DNA of 50,679 nucleotides from Patescibacteria group bacterium (GTDB lineage Bacteria; Patescibacteriota; Minisyncoccia; UBA6257; MFKM01): NCBI GenBank assembly GCA_038065115.1, contig JBBTRS010000004.1, positions 1 to 50,679 of the forward strand, read 5' to 3'. Shown piece by piece: positions 8,103 to 14,911 of this stretch (position 1 is its first letter; each line of letters starts with the position of its first letter). The notes under the pieces were generated by a model. It saw only the letters and a program-made list of their open reading frames with translations, ran no database searches and was not told where the DNA came from. The position numbers and the translations under genes were made by a program.

Positions 8103-10145
8103 ATGGGTATCCCTTGCACAAAAAAAGAAAATGTAATTGAGAAAATACACGGGCATTTGATTAATGACCCATATAGATGGTTGGAAAGTGCCGATACCGA
8201 AGAAACGAAAAAATGGATTGATGCCCAAAATGAACATGCATTTTCATCTCTCAAAAATGGCAATTTTAATATTTTCTTAGATGAACTTGTTAAAAACTTT
8301 AAAACAACAACTTTCTCAAACCCGGTCATTGTAAGAGGCAAATATTTCTATACGGAAAGGCAGCCAAACGAAGATCAATTTGTTATTTACGTAAAAAACG
8401 GATTAAATGGTGAACCTATAAAATTAGTAGACCCTAATGGCGCGAACAAAGAAAACACGGTATCTATTGATTATTGGTCGGAGTCTCGCAGCGGTAAATA
8501 TATCGCCTATGGCTTATCTGAAGGCGGGACAGAAATGTCAACTCTTTATATTAAAAATGTAGATACAAAAGAGGATCTACCCGATACAATAGTTAATTGC
8601 AGACATTCTCCAATCTGTTGGCTTCCCGATGATTCTGGATTTTTTTACACTAGAAATCCCCGGCCAAACACTGTTCCAAAAAATGAAGAACATTTACATA
8701 CAAAGGCGTATTTCCATAAACTCGGCGACAATCCTGATGACGATGAATTAATTTTCGGAAAGGATAGACCAAAAGATGACATGATTGGGCTTTCGCTTTC
8801 ATTAGACGGAAATTACTTAGCCATTAATGCTTCTCGGGAATGGACCCGAAACGATATTTACGTTTTTGATTGTAAAAATAAAAAAATAATTCCCTTAATA
8901 AAAGGAGTTGATGCAAGGTTTTTGCTGTGGTTTGCTTTAAACAAAGCTTTAATCTTAACTAATTATAAAGCAAATAATTACAGGGTTCTTTCAACGTCTC
9001 TTAATGATTTATTCGCACCGATAGAAGAATGGGAAGAAATGATACCAGAAAGAGATTACCTTCTTGAGTATATTTCTATAACAAAAGAAAAAATAATCGC
9101 CCAATATCTAAAGAATGCCTGTTCAAAAGTAATTATTTTTGATTATCTAGGAAATGAAAAAGGCGAGATCCCATTGCCCGCCTATTCAAGCACCGCGGGT
9201 ATTTCTACTAATAGAGAAGAGAATGAATTTTTCTATGGCGTGAGTTCATTCACTTTCCCTAAAATAATATATAGGCATGATCCCATTTTAAATAAATATG
9301 CAGAATATCGTAGAATTGACAATCCAATAAACCCCGACGATTACGTGATTGAACAAGAATGGTTTACGTCAAAAGATAATACAAAAATTCCTATATTTAT
9401 CTTCCATAAAAAAAATCTCGTTAAAAATGGGCTTAATCCTGCAATTCTTTATGGATACGGAGGGTTTTCTGTAAGCCAAACGCCCGCTTTTATCAGAAAT
9501 TGGACTCCATGGCTTGAAAAAAATGGTGTATTCGCTATTCCGAATATACGCGGCGGATCAGAATTTGGCTCCACTTGGCACACGCAGGCCATAAAAGAGA
9601 ATAAACAAAAAAGCTTTGACGATTTTATTGCTGCTGCGGAATTTTTAATTAATCAAAAATACACCGATAATAATCATCTTGGCATAATTGGTGGAAGTAA
9701 CGGGGGTTTGCTGGTCGCAACCGTTGCAGTTCAAAAACCAGATTTATTTAAAGCTGTATGTTCGATAGTTCCGCTAACCGATATGGTCCGTTTCCCTAAA
9801 TTTGGAATGGCGATAAGATGGGTGCATGAGTACGGAAATCCAGAAAAAAAAGAAGAGTTGGAAAATATTTTGAAGTGGAGTCCATATCATAATGTAAAAG
9901 AAAATATTGAATACCCTAATTTTCTATTCACAACAGGACTAAAAGATTCTAGAGTTGACCCCCTACATGCAAGAAAAATGACTGCAATATTGCAGTCTAT
10001 GAATAAAAAAAACGAGGTTTTAATCTTCACTGAAATAGAAGTAGGCCATGGTCTAGGCAAACCAATTTCTAAAATTGTTGAAAAACAAGCATTAGTATTA
10101 AGTTTTTTTACAAAATATCTAGACTTAAAAAATCAAGGGAATTGA
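8103..10145 (+). CDS. Prolyl oligopeptidase (peptidase S9A family)
   Basis: 680 aa. N-terminal DPYRWLE signature, beta-propeller region, catalytic-Ser motif GGSNGGLL, and C-terminal D...H (DSRVDPLHARK, GHG). Confidence 0.9.
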   Translation: MGIPCTKKENVIEKIHGHLINDPYRWLESADTEETKKWIDAQNEHAFSSLKNGNFNIFLDELVKNFKTTTFSNPVIVRGKYFYTERQPNEDQFVIYVKNGLNGEPIKLVDPNGANKENTVSIDYWSESRSGKYIAYGLSEGGTEMSTLYIKNVDTKEDLPDTIVNCRHSPICWLPDDSGFFYTRNPRPNTVPKNEEHLHTKAYFHKLGDNPDDDELIFGKDRPKDDMIGLSLSLDGNYLAINASREWTRNDIYVFDCKNKKIIPLIKGVDARFLLWFALNKALILTNYKANNYRVLSTSLNDLFAPIEEWEEMIPERDYLLEYISITKEKIIAQYLKNACSKVIIFDYLGNEKGEIPLPAYSSTAGISTNREENEFFYGVSSFTFPKIIYRHDPILNKYAEYRRIDNPINPDDYVIEQEWFTSKDNTKIPIFIFHKKNLVKNGLNPAILYGYGGFSVSQTPAFIRNWTPWLEKNGVFAIPNIRGGSEFGSTWHTQAIKENKQKSFDDFIAAAEFLINQKYTDNNHLGIIGGSNGGLLVATVAVQKPDLFKAVCSIVPLTDMVRFPKFGMAIRWVHEYGNPEKKEELENILKWSPYHNVKENIEYPNFLFTTGLKDSRVDPLHARKMTAILQSMNKKNEVLIFTEIEVGHGLGKPISKIVEKQALVLSFFTKYLDLKNQGN

Positions 10146-10167
10146 AAAGTGAGTTAAAAAATAAAAG

Positions 10168-10198
10168 GAGGGGCGTAAAAAACAGGATTACGCCCCTC
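10168..10198 (-). terminator. Intrinsic terminator (11-bp stem GAGGGGCGTAA / TTACGCCCCTC)
   Basis: Lies between the convergent oligopeptidase gene and the 21-aa mini-ORF. A T-rich tail (CTTTTATTTTTT) follows on the minus strand and an A-rich tract precedes on the plus strand, so it may act in both directions. Confidence 0.7.
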
Positions 10199-10212
10199 TT
10201 CAAATAATGGCT

Positions 10213-10278
10213 CTAATCTCCATTCATCGGAAAATTGCCATTATTATCCATGGTGGTTCCTTCAACGGGATCAATCAT
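10213..10278 (-). CDS. Unannotated 21-aa peptide MIDPVEGTTMDNNGNFPMNGD
   Basis: Hand-translated. SD AAGGAGGTG lies 7 nt upstream of the ATG. A strong terminator follows 15 nt after the stop, and a TTGACA-N17-AATACT promoter-like site lies upstream. Confidence 0.55.
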   Translation of the reverse strand: MIDPVEGTTMDNNGNFPMNGD

Positions 10279-10337
10279 GTACGCACCTCCTTTCTTTTTC
10301 AATTTTTAATGTTCAATCAAATACTCTTACTGCTACT

Positions 10338-10366
10338 AGTATTTAATAAATCAATTATTTTGTCAA
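10338..10366 (-). promoter_or_regulatory. Sigma70-like promoter candidate (TTGACA-17 nt-AATACT) for the 21-aa mini-ORF
   Basis: Read on the minus strand. The -10 element lies about 60 nt upstream of the ATG. The AT-rich context makes chance matches likely. Confidence 0.35.
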
Positions 10367-10407
10367 ATTTTTTAATTTATACTTAGCGGATAATTATTTA
10401 AAATTAC

Positions 10408-10560
10408 CTTATCTTAATTTTCATTTTTCAAACAAAAAAACGCCGGAAATGGCGCTTTTGAGATAAAACCGTCCTTCGGCCGTTGTGATGAACGAATTTT
10501 GGAAATTGTTTGATTATCTCCCTCCAACCGATAGCTTTCATATTGGCTATGATACAAGAT
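10408..10560. repeat. 153-bp perfect direct repeat, copy 2
   Basis: Identical to 7849..8001. Retains a relic of the GNAT start (ATG AAA ATT AAG ATA AGG TAA = MKIKIR-stop) on the minus strand. Confidence 0.9.
10435..10459 (-). terminator. Terminator hairpin (second copy), positioned downstream of the kinase gene
   Basis: Same sequence as 7876..7900. Here it lies about 165 nt downstream of the stop of the 10624..11550 gene. Confidence 0.45.
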
Positions 10561-10623
10561 TTTGATAGAAAATCAAATTGAAAAGCCTAAAAAGACACCC
10601 TCCTTTTCCCTGAAATTAATTTT

Positions 10624-11550
10624 TTATAGATATTTTCGAGATAAGGCTTTTATCAAATCTTTTTCCTCCTCAATTTTTTTGAATCTTTTATAATTCCATT
10701 TGAATATCCCATCAGGTTTTAAATAAATGTTTTCCGCGCAGGCCAACATAGCCATTTGAGGCAAAATTTCTAAGTCTTCTTTTGACAATTTAATTTTTTG
10801 AGAATAGTTTTTTAAAAAAATCTCAAATCCGCTTTTTAAGAAAACGGTTCTTGGTGCGTGCTTCGTTTTCATCCCAAATCTAGAAAAATCGAAAGGAGTA
10901 AAATTAAACACAAAGGCAATCATTTGCCCAAGATCGTAAATAATCGGACCCCGCGAAATATCATCAAGGTCAATTAAAAAAAGTTTTTTTCTGCCCAAAA
11001 CATTGAAATAACTGATGTCGCCATGAACCAGGCCGGTTGTTAGGCCAAATATAGGCGGAAATAAATTACAAAAATTGATCATTTCTTTTCTAATTTTGAT
11101 ATCTATCTTTTTTCTAAAAAAAATTGCTTTTAGTCTTTGAATTTTTCCTTTGATATCTAATTCTGGAATTTTACTGTTTCCGATTTTTATTTTATGAAAT
11201 TCGCCGACAGCGCGACCAAGCTCCGAGAAGAAATATCGCGATGGACGATTTTCTTTTTGGTCAATAAATTCTGACAAAAACAAGAGGTTGTCTGATTGCA
11301 GAAAATATTTTTTGTTTGATTTCGTGCTAATAATGGCAGGGAGGTTGACTCCCTGCTTCTTAATTCTAGAAACAAATTCCAATCTGACAGTCAATTCTTT
11401 ATTATTCGGAATAACTTTAAGAACGTATTTATTTTTGTCGTTTTTAATTAAAAAAGCGCTTCGTTTTCCTCGCGTTTCAAGTTTTTTTAAAAAAACAGGG
11501 TTTTTAAGATCGTATTCTTTTTTAATTTTTTCAATTTTTGAGGAAATCAT
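10624..11550 (-). CDS. Phosphotransferase, APH / choline-kinase (PF01636-like) family
   Basis: Brenner/catalytic motif LVHGDISYFNVL and IDLDD. Start set at the first ATG (MISSKIEK); the track start is TTG. Confidence 0.75.
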   Translation of the reverse strand: MISSKIEKIKKEYDLKNPVFLKKLETRGKRSAFLIKNDKNKYVLKVIPNNKELTVRLEFVSRIKKQGVNLPAIISTKSNKKYFLQSDNLLFLSEFIDQKENRPSRYFFSELGRAVGEFHKIKIGNSKIPELDIKGKIQRLKAIFFRKKIDIKIRKEMINFCNLFPPIFGLTTGLVHGDISYFNVLGRKKLFLIDLDDISRGPIIYDLGQMIAFVFNFTPFDFSRFGMKTKHAPRTVFLKSGFEIFLKNYSQKIKLSKEDLEILPQMAMLACAENIYLKPDGIFKWNYKRFKKIEEEKDLIKALSRKYL

Positions 11551-11584
11551 CCCAAAATTACGCTTGTTGCAATATAAATATATT

Positions 11585-11819
11585 TTATTCAAAAAATATT
11601 TTTTCGCCGTTTTTAATAAAAATTGCTTGGGAGTTGCTTATCCTTTCTACGTGGATACCGTTTCTGTCTTCATTGGTTATTTTCTTTGTCGGAAGCAGCG
11701 GTTGTGACGATTACCGCCTTTTCGAAATTTCTTGAATCAACAATTTCTTTGAATTTATTATAAACATTTTGGCTGGAAAGACCGGTTGATGTAAGAAAAA
11801 TAATTCCCTTTTTATGCAT
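11585..11819 (-). pseudogene. Decayed fragment resembling the N-terminus of a peptidase S51 / class-I glutamine-amidotransferase-like protein
   Basis: A 49-codon ORF (MHKKGIIFLTSTGLSSQNVYNKFKEIVDSRNFEKAVIVTTAASDKENNQ-stop) continues in the +1 frame (NEDRNGIHVERISNSQAIFIKNGEKIFFE-stop). The LTSxG and KxVxxxxTAA pattern resembles PepE-like proteins. Truncated and frameshifted. Confidence 0.35.
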
Positions 11820-11850
11820 ATCTTTTTTAAAATCAAAAACAAGTATTTAA

Positions 11851-12735
11851 TTAAAATCGCGGGGTTTGTAAACCCGCTAAATTTTTTTCTGGGTCTGCTG
11901 AGCCGAGGGCCCAAATTATCGTATCAACAAAAAAGAAACTACGAATTACCATGTATTTATCTAAATTAAAATCTATTAGCTGCTTTAATTGTTCAATTAA
12001 TCTAGTGGTAAAATCATATTCAAAGTGTTCATCGCGTTGCTCGTCTACGTATGCTTTTGCGCATTCTTGATAATACATAATCCTTGCTAGATCATAAAAC
12101 GAATCTCCAAATTGGGCATATTCCCAATCTAAAATTCCGGTCAGCCGATATAAATCAGTTAAAAGATTGTGCATTATCAAATCGCCATGTAATAACACTG
12201 GCGATGTTTGGCCAAAAATTCTTTCCACCTTTCTTTCGTCAATGTTGCTAGATATTTCTAAAAATAATTTATGTGCTAATTGATTATCAAAAATTTTTTT
12301 TTCATTCAGCTTAAATTTATGAAATAATAAATCCTTATAATTTCTGAATTTTACATCAAACTGAGCTGACCAAAAATAATCTTTTTTTTGCTGATTAATT
12401 TTGTGAATAGCCTCTACTATGTCAGTTGCTATTCTTTTTTTATTTGTAATTTCAATGTTTTTCCAAGCATCGTCGATTGCTCGGCCTTTTATTTTTTGCT
12501 CTACTAACACACCGTAATTTTGAATTGTATAAAATGCCAAAAAGTTAGGCGCAACATCTAAAACGAGTGTCTTTAAAACCTCGCTTTCGTTTTTTAATAT
12601 GGTTAAATCTCGATTGATCTTTATAACGAAATTTTTGGAAAGCAAAACTTGCGACCTAGTTCCTTTTTCTGCTTTCTGAAAATCTTCTTTTATAGCCAAA
12701 CGATCTTTAACTTCTTTAAGAATGAGATCTGTCAT
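11851..12735 (-). CDS. Phosphotransferase, APH / choline-kinase (PF01636-like) family
   Basis: LLHGDLIMHNLL and ILDWEYAQFGD motifs. Start set at the ATG (MTDLILKE); the track start is TTG. Confidence 0.75.
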   Translation of the reverse strand: MTDLILKEVKDRLAIKEDFQKAEKGTRSQVLLSKNFVIKINRDLTILKNESEVLKTLVLDVAPNFLAFYTIQNYGVLVEQKIKGRAIDDAWKNIEITNKKRIATDIVEAIHKINQQKKDYFWSAQFDVKFRNYKDLLFHKFKLNEKKIFDNQLAHKLFLEISSNIDERKVERIFGQTSPVLLHGDLIMHNLLTDLYRLTGILDWEYAQFGDSFYDLARIMYYQECAKAYVDEQRDEHFEYDFTTRLIEQLKQLIDFNLDKYMVIRSFFFVDTIIWALGSADPEKNLAGLQTPRF

Positions 12736-12773
12736 TATCCCTAAATTATATATTTTAAAATACAAATAAAAAA

Positions 12774-12797
12774 GGAAGGGCTTGTTTCAGCCCTTCC
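12774..12797 (-). terminator. Intrinsic terminator (9-bp stem GGAAGGGCT / AGCCCTTCC)
   Basis: Followed by TTTTTTATTTG on the minus strand. Separates plsC from the AT-rich island. Confidence 0.7.
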
Positions 12798-12897
12798 CTG
12801 AAGCTTAAAAGCGAATACGATTGATTTCAGGCTTTTCAATTTACCTCTAAAAATACACCTAAAACCGAGAGAATTTGATAGATTATTAACTAAATTA

Positions 12898-13539
12898 TTA
12901 ATCCACTAATTTGGAGATTTCCCGCATTATTTTCTCTATGCCTTCTTCCAAAGAAATATTGCCTAAAGAGTGAATCGGTTTTCCGATTTTCACTTTTATT
13001 TTCTTGGATTTAAAAATCCCGAAGGTGCCGCTTAATCCCACCGGAACAATTAACGCGCCGGTTGTTTGATGAAGATAGGCCGCGCCTTTTTTGCCTTGTT
13101 GGAGCTTGCCGTCAAGCGTTAGCTTTCCTTCCGGGTAAATCCAAATTTTAGCTCCTTTTTTTAAGGCTTTAACGGCTTCGGCCAAGTTTTTCTGGAAATC
13201 GCCCAAGCCCCTGACAACCAGAATAGAGCCGTTTGTCCTGACATAGGCGGCCACAAAAAGGGAAACGGGGAAAGGAAATGAATTCTTCCAATAATTAAAA
13301 TACTCTTGAACCACTAAAAATCTTATTGGAAAAAACTTATGAGGCACAACCGAATTTCTCGGCATCGCCGCGGCGCAAACCGGGCCGTCAAGGTAGCTGG
13401 CGTGATTAGAAACAAAAATCACCGGCTTATCTTCTAATCCTTTCAAATTCTCTTGGCCTTCCACCTGATAATAGAAAAAAGCTTTTAAGACTAAATAAAT
13501 CGGCCAATAAGTAAGCTGTTGGACGAGTTTGGGGATCAT
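12898..13539 (-). CDS. plsC: 1-acyl-sn-glycerol-3-phosphate acyltransferase
   Basis: HX4D motif (NHASYLD) and a PEG motif (YPEGKLT). Confidence 0.8.
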   Translation of the reverse strand: MIPKLVQQLTYWPIYLVLKAFFYYQVEGQENLKGLEDKPVIFVSNHASYLDGPVCAAAMPRNSVVPHKFFPIRFLVVQEYFNYWKNSFPFPVSLFVAAYVRTNGSILVVRGLGDFQKNLAEAVKALKKGAKIWIYPEGKLTLDGKLQQGKKGAAYLHQTTGALIVPVGLSGTFGIFKSKKIKVKIGKPIHSLGNISLEEGIEKIMREISKLVD

Positions 13540-13549
13540 TTCCGGAAAA

Positions 13550-13990
13550 TCATTTTAAGGATTCTTCCTTTTTTCTTTTTATATCCTTTTCTTGATTTAT
13601 TTCCGTAATTGTTTTTTGTAATTTAGTCGCCAATTCGCTTAATTCAATTTCTTTTCTGATAAAATCAACGGCGCCGCTTTCTAACGCGAATTTACGATTA
13701 ATTTCAACAATTTCCGGCCGGGGATCGCCTTTGCCGGTAAACATAAAGATCTTGATATCTTTGGTGTCCTGATTGCTTTTTAATTTAAGAAGCGCTTCCA
13801 CGCCGTCCATTTCCGGCATTACGACATCCAGCAAAATAATGTCTGGTTTAAATTCTTGGGCTAATTTTATTCCCTCAGCGCCTTGAGAGGCTTCTTTTGT
13901 TTCAAACCCACTAGCCTCTAGTTTTGTTTTAACTATTTCTCTTATCTCGGGCTCGTCGTCAATTATTAAGATTAGAGGTTTTTCTCGCAT
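13550..13990 (-). CDS. Stand-alone response-regulator receiver (CheY-like) protein
   Basis: ILIIDDEPEIREIV, DIILLDVVMPEMDG and a conserved K region. No output domain. Confidence 0.85.
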   Translation of the reverse strand: MREKPLILIIDDEPEIREIVKTKLEASGFETKEASQGAEGIKLAQEFKPDIILLDVVMPEMDGVEALLKLKSNQDTKDIKIFMFTGKGDPRPEIVEINRKFALESGAVDFIRKEIELSELATKLQKTITEINQEKDIKRKKEESLK

Positions 13991-14127
13991 TATTTTAGGC
14001 TTTTAAAGTATTTGACACCTTACCCTTCCATTTGTTTAATTTTTATTTTCAGTTTTATAGGCATAAAAAATCGGCGATAGATAACATAAATTTGACTTAA
14101 TTAATTAGTATTATATAATGATGTTCA

Positions 14128-14370
14128 ATGTTAAGCAAGCAACAAAAAGTCAATATCATCAGAAGCGTCCGACTCAAAGAAACGGATACGGGTTCCGCGG
14201 AAGTTCAGGTCGCGCTTTTAACAAAAAAGATAGAGGAACTGATTGGCCATTTAAAAACCAACTCTAAAGACCATCATTCTCGCCGCGGTTTGTTAAAAAT
14301 GGTGGGGCAAAGAAAAAGATTCTTGGATTATTTGAAGAAGAAAAATATCATCAAATCACCAAAGAATTAA
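14128..14370 (+). CDS. rpsO: 30S ribosomal protein S15
   Basis: [49 protein letters not shown] is a classic S15 sequence. Confidence 0.9.
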   Translation: MLSKQQKVNIIRSVRLKETDTGSAEVQVALLTKKIEELIGHLKTNSKDHHSRRGLLKMVGQRKRFLDYLKKKNIIKSPKN

Positions 14371-14383
14371 ACCCAAAAGAATA

Positions 14384-14896
14384 ATGTTCATTTCTTACAA
14401 AGACCAGCGGATCGGCATTTTCCTTGATGTCCAAAACCTCTATCATTCCGCTAAAAACCTTTATCGATCTCGGGTTAATTTCCAAGAACTGATAAAAACA
14501 CTGGCCGGCAACCGCAAACTTATCCGAGCAGTGGCTTATGTGGTTAAAAGCGAAACCGCTTTGGGCGAAAAATCGTTTTTTGAAGCCCTAACTCAAGTCG
14601 GTTTGGAATTAAGAATCAAAGACCTTCAAATTTACCCGGGCGGAGCGAAAAAAGCCGACTGGGACGTCGGTTTAGCCATTGACGCCGTCAGAATGGCTGA
14701 CTCCCTGGATGTGATCATCCTGGTAACCGGCGATGGAGATTTTGTGCCTTTGGTTGAATACCTTAAATGGGGCTTGGGGAAGCAAGTTGAGGTGGCCGCT
14801 TTCAGCAAAACAACCTCCGGCCTTCTTAAGGAAGCCGTTGATTATTTTACCGCGGTGGAAGAAATCCCAAAAATTTTATTAAAAAAACAACTCTAA
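14384..14896 (+). CDS. NYN-domain (LabA-like) protein
   Basis: IGIFLDVQNLYHSAK and the VTGDGDFVPLVEYL motif. Confidence 0.8.
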   Translation: MFISYKDQRIGIFLDVQNLYHSAKNLYRSRVNFQELIKTLAGNRKLIRAVAYVVKSETALGEKSFFEALTQVGLELRIKDLQIYPGGAKKADWDVGLAIDAVRMADSLDVIILVTGDGDFVPLVEYLKWGLGKQVEVAAFSKTTSGLLKEAVDYFTAVEEIPKILLKKQL

Positions 14897-14911
14897 AATC
14901 AAAAATAAAAA

